In this document: positions 7,785-18,051 of the stretch, in pieces | How the letters are laid out: every line of letters begins with the position of its first letter | How positions within the stretch are numbered: position 1 is the stretch's first letter | Assembly: GCA_002716085.1 (NCBI GenBank) | Contig: PAYZ01000019.1 | Coordinates: forward strand, 11,649-75,648 | DNA from: Methanobacteriota archaeon | GTDB taxonomy: Archaea; Thermoplasmatota; Poseidoniia; Poseidoniales; Thalassarchaeaceae | DNA length: 64,000 nt | Direction of reading: 5' to 3' | Translations under genes and position numbers: made by a program | The notes under the pieces: generated by a model | What the model saw: the letters and a program-made list of their open reading frames with translations, nothing else | Told to the model about the DNA's origin: nothing | Database searches by the model: none

Positions 7785-8372
7785 ATGGCAGTCAAAAGCT
7801 CCACAAAAAAAAGGCTAATTGAGTTAGGAATCCAAGAGGATCACGCCCATAAGCTCGCTGATGATGCCAATCTGGACACGATCAAAAGAATGTCTCGAGA
7901 ACAGGTGGCAAAAAAGGTCGGAGTAGAAGAAAACTCTTCCGAACTCGAGCACATCATGGGGGTAATTTCTGAGCATGTCGGATCAAGAAAGCGGAGCAAG
8001 AGTAACAGGATTACTATCTCTAGGAAGGCTCTCTTGGATGAAGACATCCCCACCGGAGACTACAGATTCAATGTCCTAAATCATGTTCTTGTGCCTCATC
8101 ACGAACTAGTCCCCATCGATTCCGAAGCAGAGATACTTGAGCCATGGGCCTTAACCACTGACGATGCATTCGGCACGGGAAGGCTGGCCAAGGAACTCCT
8201 TCCCAAAATTCTCATCACTGACCCTGCTATCCAGGCTATCAAAGAAATGGAGGAATTAGAAAACGACGAGCTCCCAGCGGGGTGGCTTGCAAACAGGGTC
8301 GTCAAAGTAGTTCGATATAGCAGATCTGCGGGAAGCTCCGAGGCATATCGGCTTATTGTAGAAACTACGTAA
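7785..8372 (+). CDS. rpoH: RNA polymerase subunit H (Rpb5-like) with ~90-aa N-terminal extension
   Basis: 195-aa ORF. The C-terminal about 100 aa is 'HVLVPHHELVP...EAEILEPW....LPKILITDPAIQAI...VVKVVRYSRSAGSSEAYRLIV'. It sits upstream of rpoB as in the conserved archaeal cluster. Confidence 0.9.
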   Translation: MAVKSSTKKRLIELGIQEDHAHKLADDANLDTIKRMSREQVAKKVGVEENSSELEHIMGVISEHVGSRKRSKSNRITISRKALLDEDIPTGDYRFNVLNHVLVPHHELVPIDSEAEILEPWALTTDDAFGTGRLAKELLPKILITDPAIQAIKEMEELENDELPAGWLANRVVKVVRYSRSAGSSEAYRLIVETT

Positions 8373-8385
8373 TATAGAAGGTGGA

Positions 8386-11300
8386 ATGATGAAAGAAATA
8401 GTTGAAAGTTACTTCAAGCAAAGGAGTCTGGTAAATCATCAGCTGGCTTCTTACAACGACTGTATTCCTGTTGGGGACGGAAAAGAGAGCAGAATGGAAA
8501 GAATCGTCAGAAACATCCGGATAGGCAGCGAAGAACAGGTTGAAGATGAGGAAGGCGGACTAGTAAAATTGGATCTCTTGGACAAGGAAATCATCGTTCG
8601 AATGAAGAATCTCAGACTGGGCCAGCCCACAATAAAGGAAGCAAATGGGGCTGAACACCCAGCGACACCCATGGAGTGTAGGATAAGGAAACTAACTTAT
8701 TTCTCCCCAGTTTACCTAGATTTCAAGATTTTTCGAGATGATCTCCCTCCTTCCCCGGGTTCTGAGATGGGCTTCCAAGAGGAACATAGCGTCCACATTG
8801 GAAACCTCCCAATTATGGTGAGGTCAGCGCGATGCAATCTTCACAGCAACCACATAGATGAGAATAGACGGCTCTCCCCTGATGTATCAGGGGAAGATTC
8901 TGAGAGGTATAAACATCAACTTAGAAAATCAGGAGAAGATCCCCTTGATCCTGGAGGATACTTCATAATTAACGGAACCGAGAGAGTTCTAATTTCTATG
9001 GAAGACCTAGCTCCAAACAGAGTCACGGTGGAGAAGAACAAGAAGTACGCTCACGAGACTCAAGTTGCCAAGATTTTCTCCCAGAAAGACGGGGTGAGGA
9101 AACCCCTCAATGTCGAGAAGAGGAGGGATGGGATGCTGATGGTGAAGATTCCAAGTGCAGGGACTACTCCTGTGCCTCTTGTCCTTCTGATGAGGGCACT
9201 TGGCGTGGAGAACGATAGGGAGATCTTCGCATCAATAGCCGGACCTCCAGAGGCAATGAAATTCACAGTTGCTAACCTTAACGACCTTCGTGATAATGAA
9301 GAGTATGGGGTTGATACTTCTGAGGAAGCTATGGCTTGGTTGGAGAAGAAGTTCGCCGCAGGGCAACAGAAGGAATACCGAGAGTCTAGGATACAAAATC
9401 TGCTGGATAACGAGCTCCTCCCTCATCTCGGGTCATCAATCGAAAATCGGGAAAAGAAGGCCATTTTCCTAGGTCGAATAGCTAGACAGGTTCTGGAGAT
9501 GGCGATTAAGGACAAGGACCCGAATGACAAGGACCATTACGCAAACAAGAGGGTCAGGCTAGCAGGAGACCTCGTCGAGGACCTATTCAGAGTAAGCCTA
9601 CAACAACTCGCAAGGGATCTAAAGTACCAGCTTGAGAGGCACCACAACCGTAAGAGGGAACTAAGAATCTCTTCATGTCTACGCCCCGATGTCCTAACTA
9701 CCAAGATTATGCACGCACTAGCCACTGGAAACTGGGTCGGAGGAAGGTCTGGAGTAAGCCAGCTTCTTGACAGAACAACATATCTTTCTGCTCTCTCTCA
9801 CCTTAGAAGAGTAACTAGTCCCTTAGTAAGAAGCCAACCACACTTCGAGGCAAGAGACCTACATCCGACACAATGGGGTAGACTTTGTCCGAACGAAACC
9901 CCCGAGGGCCAGAACTGCGGCCTAGTCAAGAACGGCGCGCAAATGATAGACATATCCGAGGAGGTCTCTGAGAATGACGTGAAGGAACTTCTGAGAGAAG
10001 CTGGGGTGGACGACGATCCCGATGGATGGGCAGACGGATCTAGAATCCACGTCAACGGAGATATTTTCGGTTTACACAAAAGGCCTCACAAGCTTGTCAG
10101 TCAGTTCAAGAGTAGGAGGCGCTCAGGAAGAATAAGGCCAGAGGTAAGTATCAGGCACGACCTAGAAAATAGGGACGTATTCATCAATACAGATAGAGGA
10201 AGAATGCTACGTCCTCTTCTGATTATAGATCATGGAAGTCTACAGATAACTAAGATGCATCTAGAGGGACTAAATTCGGGTGAGATTTCGTTCGCTGATT
10301 TGGTCTCTGGGGGAGTAGTTGAGTGGGTCGATGCTGAAGAAGAAGAAGACCTTCTTATTGCCCCTCGGCCGTTCGATCTTCCATCTATTTCTCCGAAATA
10401 CAAGCGCCCGATCAACCCATCAATGGTCGAATGGTCGAACTTGGGAGAACATGGAATATCTAACGCGGATTTAGTCGCCAAAGTGAAGATGCCGAATGGA
10501 GAAACCAAAACCGAGAAATTCAAAGTTCCATTAAATTACTTCCAGGACAACATTGACTCCCTAAAGAGGAAGGAGAAGAAAGACAAAACAGTACTAATCT
10601 ACACTCACGTTGAGATAGATCCCCAGCTTATCCTTGGGGTATGCGCATCATTGGTACCCTATCCGGAGCATAACTCCACACCAAGAGTGACCGGGGGAAC
10701 AGCAATGGTCAAGCAAAGCCTCGGCGTTGCGAGTGCAAACTTTAGACTGAGGCCGGACACTAGGGCCCATGTTATGCACTATCCTCAGCGATCAATTGTG
10801 GGCACTAGGGCCATGCAATCTACTAACTTCGATCAGAGGCCGGGAGGGCAGAACTTCGTAGTGGCTATAGTGAGCCATCATGGATACAATATGCAGGATG
10901 CTGTAATCATGAACCGAGCATCCGTTGAGAGGGCACTTGGACGATCTGCTTTCATTAGGACCTATAATGCAGAGAATAAGAGATTCCCAGGAGGCCAGGA
11001 GGAAAGGATCGAGGTTCCCGGTACCGGTTTGGATGAGATCAAAGGATTGAAGTCATGGGATTCATATTCTCACTTAGAAAGAGACGGACTACCAGTTCCC
11101 GAAGTTGAACTAACTAGCGAAGAGGGAGGTAGGTCCATCCTCGTTGGAAAGACTAGCCCGCCTCGATTCTTGGAAGAAGCTCATGGGGCATTCCTCCAAG
11201 CTCAGGAGAGAAGGGAATCTTCCATGCTCGTTCGCCATGGGGAGAAGGGCTGGGTAGACAACGTGTTCGTAACAGAATCTCTAGACTCAGGGAGGCTGGT

Positions 11301-12081
11301 TAGGATCACCCTGAGGACAAATAAGATTCCCGAGCTTGGGGACAAGTTCGCTAGTAGGCATGGGCAGAAGGGAATCATCGGTAGACTCGTGGAACAGGAG
11401 GATATGCCATTCACAGAGGACGGAGTAATTCCCGACCTACTAATCAATCCCCACGCAATACCTTCCAGAATGACCGTCGCTCACGTCCTCGAGATGATTG
11501 GTGGAAAGGTAGGCTCTATGGATGGTAGGAGGATAGATGGGACTGCATTCACGGGGGAGAAGGAAGAATCCCTCAGATCTGGACTATTGAGGAACGGACT
11601 AAGGCACACTGGAAGAGAGTCGATGATTAATGGAGAGACTGGCGACACGTTCCCTGTAGATACATTCGTAGGAGTGATTTACTATCAGAGATTACATCAC
11701 CTAGTAAGTAGCAAGCTTCACGCAAGAAGCAGAGGCAGGGTCCAGATTCTGACCAGACAACCCACTGAGGGAAGGGCTAGGCAGGGTGGTCTAAGGTTCG
11801 GCGAGATGGAGAGGGATTGCCTGATCTCCCATGGAGCTTCAATGGTGATCAAGGACAGGTTGCTCGATGAGTCTGACGGTTGGAACTTGATGGTCTGTAA
11901 TACTCCAAGATGCGGCCATATCGCCTACTATGACTGGAAGAGACGGACAAGCGTCTGCCCGGTCTGCGGCGATAGGGCTGACGTACATTCCGTCCAGACG
12001 TCGTATGCGTTCAAACTACTATTGGACGAGATGAAGAGTCTGGGTGTAGCAATGAGATTAGAACTGGAGGATAGAAGATGA
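8386..12081 (+). CDS. rpoB: RNA polymerase subunit B (unsplit)
   Basis: 1231-aa ORF. Contains 'PYPEHNSTPR', 'GDKFASRHGQKG', 'LINPHAIPSRMTV', 'GGLRFGEMERDC', and the C-terminal Zn ribbon 'CNTPRCGH...CPVCG'. Confidence 0.97.
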   Translation: MMKEIVESYFKQRSLVNHQLASYNDCIPVGDGKESRMERIVRNIRIGSEEQVEDEEGGLVKLDLLDKEIIVRMKNLRLGQPTIKEANGAEHPATPMECRIRKLTYFSPVYLDFKIFRDDLPPSPGSEMGFQEEHSVHIGNLPIMVRSARCNLHSNHIDENRRLSPDVSGEDSERYKHQLRKSGEDPLDPGGYFIINGTERVLISMEDLAPNRVTVEKNKKYAHETQVAKIFSQKDGVRKPLNVEKRRDGMLMVKIPSAGTTPVPLVLLMRALGVENDREIFASIAGPPEAMKFTVANLNDLRDNEEYGVDTSEEAMAWLEKKFAAGQQKEYRESRIQNLLDNELLPHLGSSIENREKKAIFLGRIARQVLEMAIKDKDPNDKDHYANKRVRLAGDLVEDLFRVSLQQLARDLKYQLERHHNRKRELRISSCLRPDVLTTKIMHALATGNWVGGRSGVSQLLDRTTYLSALSHLRRVTSPLVRSQPHFEARDLHPTQWGRLCPNETPEGQNCGLVKNGAQMIDISEEVSENDVKELLREAGVDDDPDGWADGSRIHVNGDIFGLHKRPHKLVSQFKSRRRSGRIRPEVSIRHDLENRDVFINTDRGRMLRPLLIIDHGSLQITKMHLEGLNSGEISFADLVSGGVVEWVDAEEEEDLLIAPRPFDLPSISPKYKRPINPSMVEWSNLGEHGISNADLVAKVKMPNGETKTEKFKVPLNYFQDNIDSLKRKEKKDKTVLIYTHVEIDPQLILGVCASLVPYPEHNSTPRVTGGTAMVKQSLGVASANFRLRPDTRAHVMHYPQRSIVGTRAMQSTNFDQRPGGQNFVVAIVSHHGYNMQDAVIMNRASVERALGRSAFIRTYNAENKRFPGGQEERIEVPGTGLDEIKGLKSWDSYSHLERDGLPVPEVELTSEEGGRSILVGKTSPPRFLEEAHGAFLQAQERRESSMLVRHGEKGWVDNVFVTESLDSGRLVRITLRTNKIPELGDKFASRHGQKGIIGRLVEQEDMPFTEDGVIPDLLINPHAIPSRMTVAHVLEMIGGKVGSMDGRRIDGTAFTGEKEESLRSGLLRNGLRHTGRESMINGETGDTFPVDTFVGVIYYQRLHHLVSSKLHARSRGRVQILTRQPTEGRARQGGLRFGEMERDCLISHGASMVIKDRLLDESDGWNLMVCNTPRCGHIAYYDWKRRTSVCPVCGDRADVHSVQTSYAFKLLLDEMKSLGVAMRLELEDRR

Positions 12082-15000
12082 GTAATCGAGACGCAGCAAA
12101 GATCCCTAAGAGAATCGACTCAATACGATTCACTCTAATGGATCCAAATGAAATCCGAAAGATGTCTTCCGTTGAAGTGAAGACTGCGGATACATACAAG
12201 GATGACGGTCATGCATTCAAGCAGGGATTGATGGATCCAAAGATGGGCGTGATAGACCCAGGAATCAGGTGCGAGACTTGTGGAAACAAACATGAAGAGT
12301 GCCCAAGCCACTTCGGACACATCGCGCTTGAACTTCCCGTGATGCATATCGGTTTCACAGGACTAATCAAGACATGCCTTAAGACAACATGCAACACTTG
12401 TAGCAAGGCTCTGCTACTAGATGCACCAGAGACGCATCCAACAGACCCAGAGAAGTCGGAACAAGACTATTATCGAGACAAAGTAAATGACATAATCCTG
12501 AAGCATGGAGTTGGTGGAAGGGAGTTCAAGAAGATTATCAAGGACATCGAGAATATCTGTGCCGGTGCCAAGAGGGCAATTTGTATGCACTGCGGCGCCG
12601 AGCAAGGAAAGATTATCTTAGACAAACCTACAACCTTCAAGGAGAAGAAAGCAGACAAGGGAGAGCACAAGCTGAATGCTCGAGACATCCGAGAGTGGCT
12701 CGAAAAGATTCCAGATGAGCACCTAATTTTCGTCGGGATGGAGAAAGACGTTAGTCGACCCGAGTGGACGATCATGAAGGTACTTCCAGTTCCGCCAATT
12801 ACGGTAAGACCATCTATCACTCTTGAGAGTGGAGATAGGTCCGAGGACGACCTGACCCACAAGCTAGTGGATGTTCTGAGGATAAACCAGAGACTTAGGG
12901 AAAACAGAGACTCGGGAGCACCACAACTAATCGTCGAGGATCTCTGGGAGCTCCTCCAATACCACTGCACAACTTACTTTGATAATCAGACCAGCGGAAT
13001 TCCCCCAGCTAGGCACAGATCAGGAAGGCCACTGAAGACCCTCTCACAGAGGCTTAAGGGCAAGGAAGGAAGATTCAGAAGCAACCTCTCAGGAAAGAGG
13101 GTTAACTTCTGTGCTAGAACAGTAATAAGCCCCGATCCAAATCTAGGAATCAATGAAGTTGGAGTCCCGGTTAAGACTGCAAAGGAACTAACTGTGCCTA
13201 TTCGGGTTACGGGTAGAAACAGGGAGCAACTCAGACAGATGATCCTCAGAGGCCCAGATGTTCATCCCGGAGTAAACTACATCATCAGAGGCGATAGGTT
13301 TAGAGTAAGAATCACTGATAGAACGAAATACATATGGGCAGGATTTCGATGCTTGAATCCAGACTGCCATTCTGGTAGCGAAGAAGAGCCCTACTCGGGG
13401 TACCGTCCAGATCTGAATGAGGTCCTGCCTGCTCCTAATTTCCTACCTGGACTTGTAATTATGGAACAAATGAGGAGGGACCCAATCACGGATGAACTTG
13501 TTCCAGAATGGAATGTCGACCTCGCTTCAACACTTTCAAACCTCAGAGGTGAGAAATCAGATGGGAAACCCCTCAAAGAAGATGACCCTGATGCAATTAT
13601 TCACCACAGGTGGAAGTGGGAAGTAGACCATCCAGATGAGTACTTGCCCGAATATCTTGAGGTAAAGTGCCCCCATTGCGGAAGTCCCGAGGTAGAGGAT
13701 GAGCACGGGAACGTGTATCCTACTGAGACTGAAGATAGACTTAGCACATATGACAGGGATGGAAACCCTCGTCCAGGAGTCGTCGTTGAGAGGCACTTGA
13801 TCGACGGAGATGTTGCTATCTTCAATCGACAGCCATCACTTCACAGGATGTCGATGCTAGTACACGAGATTAGGGTGATGGAGGGAAAGACGTTCAGATT
13901 CAATCTAGCGGATTGTACTCCTTACAATGCTGATTTTGATGGAGATGAGATGAACCTCCACGTGATTCAGAGTGAAGAAGCTAGGGCCGAGGCAAGGATT
14001 CTGATGAGGGTCCAGGAACACATCATTTCACCCAGATACGGGGGAAGCGTAATTGGTGGAATTCACGACCACATTACTGGCGCATATCTGCTTACCCATG
14101 GTGAAGCGTTCCTACCAACTCATGCTGCCATGAATGTCTTGAGCTCTATTGGGTGGGATGGGGATTTACCTGACATGGTCGAGAGGAATGGACAGGAAGG
14201 ATTCCTTGGAAATGATCTCTTCAGCCTTCTAGTGTCTGGGGGCTTCAGTCTAAACTTCAAGAATAGAGCAGGCGAGGAAGTACTCGTTTCAGAGGGAGAT
14301 GTCTCAGGTTCCATTGACAAGAGAGGGATAGGGGCAGAGGATGGTCGACTTCTTGACGCAGTAGTTCAAACTCATGGGACCGACTTGGGCGCCGAATTCA
14401 TCAACAAGATGACCAAGATGACGATTGCAATTTGTACTGCAATGGGTTTCACTACGGGAATTGATGACGAAGACCTTCCTCCAGAGGCCAAAGTTGAGAT
14501 TGATAGAATAAATAGCGAGGCAAGCGAGAAGGTAGACTCTGAGTTAGTAAGGTTCGGAAAGGACGGCAGGAAGTACGATCCAAGGCCAGGAAGAACACCT
14601 TTAGAGACCCTTGAAGAAAATATCCTGACAATTCTGGACGAGGCCAAGGCTGAGACCGGAAAAGTGGCAAAGTCACTACTTGGGGACGATAACTCAGCAG
14701 TTCTAATGGCAACTTCTGGAGCGAGGGGTTCTATGGATAACCTCGCAATGATGGCCGGCTCAATAGGCCAACCAAAGGTTAGAGGCAAGAGGCTAGAGAG
14801 AGGTTACCAAGACAGAGTCCTATCACATTTCCCACGCAACGTTAAGGGTGCAAAGGAGAAAGGGTTCGTCTCTTCTTCATTCAAGAGTGGTTTGGAGCCT
14901 ACAGAGTTCTTCATGCTGTCAGTATCAGGAAGGGAGTCACTAGTCGATACCGCTGTCAGGACAAGCAAATCGGGTTACATGCAAAGGCGGCTAATCAATG

Positions 15001-15173
15001 CAATGGACGATCTAAAAGTCTCTAATGATAAAATGGCTTCAGTCAGGAACACGGCAAATCGAATCGTTCAGTTCGAGTACGGTGAAGACGGAACCGATCC
15101 AGCTAAGAGCAGGAAAGGAAGCCCATTCGATGTCGATCAGGTTCTAAATGACGCACTTGGGGGTGTAAACTGA
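12078..15173 (+). CDS. rpoA1: RNA polymerase subunit A'
   Basis: 1031-aa ORF with a 4-nt overlap with rpoB. Contains the Zn sites '[17 protein letters not shown]', '[10 protein letters not shown]' and the catalytic '[10 protein letters not shown]'. Confidence 0.97.
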   Translation: MSNRDAAKIPKRIDSIRFTLMDPNEIRKMSSVEVKTADTYKDDGHAFKQGLMDPKMGVIDPGIRCETCGNKHEECPSHFGHIALELPVMHIGFTGLIKTCLKTTCNTCSKALLLDAPETHPTDPEKSEQDYYRDKVNDIILKHGVGGREFKKIIKDIENICAGAKRAICMHCGAEQGKIILDKPTTFKEKKADKGEHKLNARDIREWLEKIPDEHLIFVGMEKDVSRPEWTIMKVLPVPPITVRPSITLESGDRSEDDLTHKLVDVLRINQRLRENRDSGAPQLIVEDLWELLQYHCTTYFDNQTSGIPPARHRSGRPLKTLSQRLKGKEGRFRSNLSGKRVNFCARTVISPDPNLGINEVGVPVKTAKELTVPIRVTGRNREQLRQMILRGPDVHPGVNYIIRGDRFRVRITDRTKYIWAGFRCLNPDCHSGSEEEPYSGYRPDLNEVLPAPNFLPGLVIMEQMRRDPITDELVPEWNVDLASTLSNLRGEKSDGKPLKEDDPDAIIHHRWKWEVDHPDEYLPEYLEVKCPHCGSPEVEDEHGNVYPTETEDRLSTYDRDGNPRPGVVVERHLIDGDVAIFNRQPSLHRMSMLVHEIRVMEGKTFRFNLADCTPYNADFDGDEMNLHVIQSEEARAEARILMRVQEHIISPRYGGSVIGGIHDHITGAYLLTHGEAFLPTHAAMNVLSSIGWDGDLPDMVERNGQEGFLGNDLFSLLVSGGFSLNFKNRAGEEVLVSEGDVSGSIDKRGIGAEDGRLLDAVVQTHGTDLGAEFINKMTKMTIAICTAMGFTTGIDDEDLPPEAKVEIDRINSEASEKVDSELVRFGKDGRKYDPRPGRTPLETLEENILTILDEAKAETGKVAKSLLGDDNSAVLMATSGARGSMDNLAMMAGSIGQPKVRGKRLERGYQDRVLSHFPRNVKGAKEKGFVSSSFKSGLEPTEFFMLSVSGRESLVDTAVRTSKSGYMQRRLINAMDDLKVSNDKMASVRNTANRIVQFEYGEDGTDPAKSRKGSPFDVDQVLNDALGGVN

Positions 15174-16753
15174 TGGTCGTCAAGAGTGCAACAAAAAAGA
15201 AGCTCATGGACCTCGGAATCGAGGAGGAGTACGCACACAAGCTGGCAGACGATAGGAAATGGGATGACGTCAAGGGACTCTCGCCCGGTCAGATTGCGCA
15301 GATATGCGGAATAGACTCTGGAACATCCCAGAAAATTCACGAAGTGATGGCAACCTCTGCTAAGTCATCACGGGCATCCTCTTCCACTACAGAGAAGACG
15401 ATTGTAAGGAGGAGAACAGCGTCTAGATCCAGGAGGATAAAACGCTCCCTACCCCTTCAAGATTACAATTATGAGACGAAGAAATCGCAAATCATTAGGG
15501 ACATAGATAATGAAGATGAAATGTACATTCAACTTTCTGATGCAGCAGAAGATGCCGGTGCAAACATGACTCCTATGATGATTGACCAGTTAGTCAAGGG
15601 CCTCCAGAAGAGAGGGGAGAAGAAACTTACGAAACCGAAGGCAAAGAAAATAATTGACTCTGCGAGGGGATTTTACAAAGAGGCTAGGGCTGTCCCTCAT
15701 GAGGCAGTTGGAATCACAACTGCCCAATCAATAGGTGAACCTGGAACCCAGATGACTATGCGAACATTCCACTACGCTGGAGTAGCAACGGTCAATGTGA
15801 CTCAAGGACTCCCTCGAATAATCGAAATTGTGGATGCGAGGAAGGTCCCAAAGACTCCTACAATGATTATCTACATGGACGAAAAGAACTCGAAAGGAAA
15901 GCCACTAAGAACTAATGAGAAATTAGTACGGGACATTGCAGCTAGCATTGAGACCACAACCGCCATGGATATTGCAACAATCGACGTAGACGTTGCACAG
16001 AGAAATATTAGCCTTCAGCTGAACCTCAGCAATTTGAAGTTGAAGAAGATGACAGGGGTAGAAGTCAGAGACAAGCTTTCCCGTGCACTGAGGCTTTACA
16101 TCCAAGCCGATGACGAGGATCGTCCAAGATCCCTTAGAATTATCCCGGGCGTTTCAAAGGAAGAAGATTTGGCGAGCCTAGCATCCGATCCACCAACCTA
16201 CACGGCACTTCTGCAGCTAGAGGACAAAATAAAGAAACTCAGGCTAAAGGGTCTACCCGGAATTAGTAGGGCCACCGTCCAAGGGCCAGTATCGGAAACG
16301 GGGGAGTATTACATTTCCACTATCGGCTCTAATCTAGCTAAGGTAAGCCAGTTTGACGGAATAGATAGAGCGAGGACATACACCAACAACATCAACGAGA
16401 TTCACGACTACTTGGGAATTGAGGCAGCTAGGCAGGCAATCATAAACGAAATGTGGGATACTCTGGAGGGAGCAGGACTTGATGTCGATGTTAGGCATCT
16501 GATCATGGTCGCAGATGTAATGACTACAGGTGGAGAGGTAAGGGCGATAGGAAGGCACGGGGTTAGCGGAACAAAGCACTCAATTCTTGCAAGATCGGCT
16601 TTCGAAGTCACTGTTACACACTTGCTCAAGGCAGGCGTAATAGGGGAGAGGGACATGCTTTCAGGGGTAACCGAAAACATAATTGTTGGGCAACCAGTAG
16701 CTCTCGGAACAGGAAGCGTAGAGCTTTTCTACATCCCAGGCGAAATCAACTGA
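15173..16753 (+). CDS. rpoA2: RNA polymerase subunit A'' with ~125-aa N-terminal extension
   Basis: 526-aa ORF whose ATG overlaps the rpoA' stop. Contains '[27 protein letters not shown]' and '[23 protein letters not shown]'. Confidence 0.95.
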   Translation: MVVKSATKKKLMDLGIEEEYAHKLADDRKWDDVKGLSPGQIAQICGIDSGTSQKIHEVMATSAKSSRASSSTTEKTIVRRRTASRSRRIKRSLPLQDYNYETKKSQIIRDIDNEDEMYIQLSDAAEDAGANMTPMMIDQLVKGLQKRGEKKLTKPKAKKIIDSARGFYKEARAVPHEAVGITTAQSIGEPGTQMTMRTFHYAGVATVNVTQGLPRIIEIVDARKVPKTPTMIIYMDEKNSKGKPLRTNEKLVRDIAASIETTTAMDIATIDVDVAQRNISLQLNLSNLKLKKMTGVEVRDKLSRALRLYIQADDEDRPRSLRIIPGVSKEEDLASLASDPPTYTALLQLEDKIKKLRLKGLPGISRATVQGPVSETGEYYISTIGSNLAKVSQFDGIDRARTYTNNINEIHDYLGIEAARQAIINEMWDTLEGAGLDVDVRHLIMVADVMTTGGEVRAIGRHGVSGTKHSILARSAFEVTVTHLLKAGVIGERDMLSGVTENIIVGQPVALGTGSVELFYIPGEIN

Positions 16754-16762
16754 GGGTAAAAG

Positions 16763-17059
16763 ATGGACATAGCAAGACATTTGAAGCAAGGGATAAACAC
16801 GGGAAAAATTGTCTTCGGGCAAAGGCAGACCGTGTCACAATGCTCCAATGGGGGTGCACAATTGGTACTTGTCGCAGCCAATTGCCCAGAGTCATTCATC
16901 AACGATCTTAGGAACTCCAATCCATCAATTCCCATTCATCAGGTCACTCTGGTAAATAGGCAACTCGGTGCAGCCTGTGGAAAGCCATTCCCTGTTAGCT
17001 CACTCTGCATATTGGATCCAGGGCAAAGTGATTTACTGCAGCTCGTTCCAAACCTATAA
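16763..17059 (+). CDS. rpl30e: 50S ribosomal protein L30e
   Basis: 98-aa ORF. 'LKQGINTGKIVFGQRQT' and 'AQLVLVAANCP' are typical of L30e, and the gene holds the canonical position after rpoA''. Confidence 0.88.
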   Translation: MDIARHLKQGINTGKIVFGQRQTVSQCSNGGAQLVLVAANCPESFINDLRNSNPSIPIHQVTLVNRQLGAACGKPFPVSSLCILDPGQSDLLQLVPNL

Positions 17060-17088
17060 CCCCAAAATACCACTAATGATCGGATTTC

Positions 17089-18051
17089 TTGGGTTCTCTT
17101 CAAAGTCCTTACCATCCTCTTGGAGTCATGGAAAGGGCATTGAGAGACCTCATAAATGCTCGATTATCAAATTTCAAACCATCTAATAGCTCTATTGTAA
17201 CCCACGGATTCTCTCTATTGGGAATGTCTGATTCTGTTCCTGAAATTGGAAAACACAATTCTGATGTGCACATTTGGCATGTTCCTAAGGGCATCCTGCC
17301 AATAACCTCCGGTGAATTCACGAGATGGGAATTGGACTCTCCTAGAGGTTTTCATTGGATTTTGAGTGAAAGACCGTTGCACATGGATCTCATCCCGGCC
17401 GAACAAAAAAATGTTGAGATTTGGGGGCCCGATGAGATATCGATGTTTATAGGAAAAGGAGTAATGGATGGTGATTTGGTAGCCAAATCACCGATTAAAA
17501 AGATGGAACATACAACTACTTTCCTAGACGAAGCTAACTCAATGAAGCAGAGCCAGTTATTGAGGCCCGTTGTGGACATTGCCACTTGGAAGACTCAAAG
17601 AGGAATGGAGCATTTGTCCTCGACCCCAGTTCTTCTTGAGGGAAGGATTTGGAGAGTTGAGGGTGAGATAATTGGGCCTAAAGATGAAATTGAGTTCGGA
17701 ATCTGGGACCTAATAGAAGATCCATGGTCATCAACTATAGTAGAGATGAAGGACACACTAGATCTAACTGAAGCACCAGATCTACGAATATTCCCCCCTC
17801 CACATGATTCATGGCTAACTCATGATGTTCTTATTTCGGAAGCAGCAAGAATTCTTGATGTCAGAAGAAGAAGTAACTCCCCAAACCCGGACAAAAAGGA
17901 TGCAGTTCGGAGCATGTTACTACAGAGGTGGAGGTTTAACAAAGACAGTGCTAGTTGCAAATCTTCACCAATGCATATTTCCGGCTGGCTGGTTCATTCA
18001 GAAAGAGAAAGCATTCTTCATGGAATTAATGGTAGACTTTACGAAACCTAA
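17089..18051 (+). CDS. hypothetical protein
   Basis: 320-aa ORF (alternative start at the internal Met, 'MERALRDL'). No recognised motif. It occupies the slot where NusA normally follows L30e. Confidence 0.5.
   Translation: MGSLQSPYHPLGVMERALRDLINARLSNFKPSNSSIVTHGFSLLGMSDSVPEIGKHNSDVHIWHVPKGILPITSGEFTRWELDSPRGFHWILSERPLHMDLIPAEQKNVEIWGPDEISMFIGKGVMDGDLVAKSPIKKMEHTTTFLDEANSMKQSQLLRPVVDIATWKTQRGMEHLSSTPVLLEGRIWRVEGEIIGPKDEIEFGIWDLIEDPWSSTIVEMKDTLDLTEAPDLRIFPPPHDSWLTHDVLISEAARILDVRRRSNSPNPDKKDAVRSMLLQRWRFNKDSASCKSSPMHISGWLVHSERESILHGINGRLYET

Noticed and set aside
12470-12970. Antisense ORFs lie inside rpoA' (166 aa here, and also 14372-14788 at 138 aa). Many 60-100-aa antisense ORFs lie inside rpoB and rpoA''.
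   Set aside because: They overlap highly conserved RNAP coding sequence. Their composition is S/L/P-rich, as is typical of reverse frames. There are no start-context signals.
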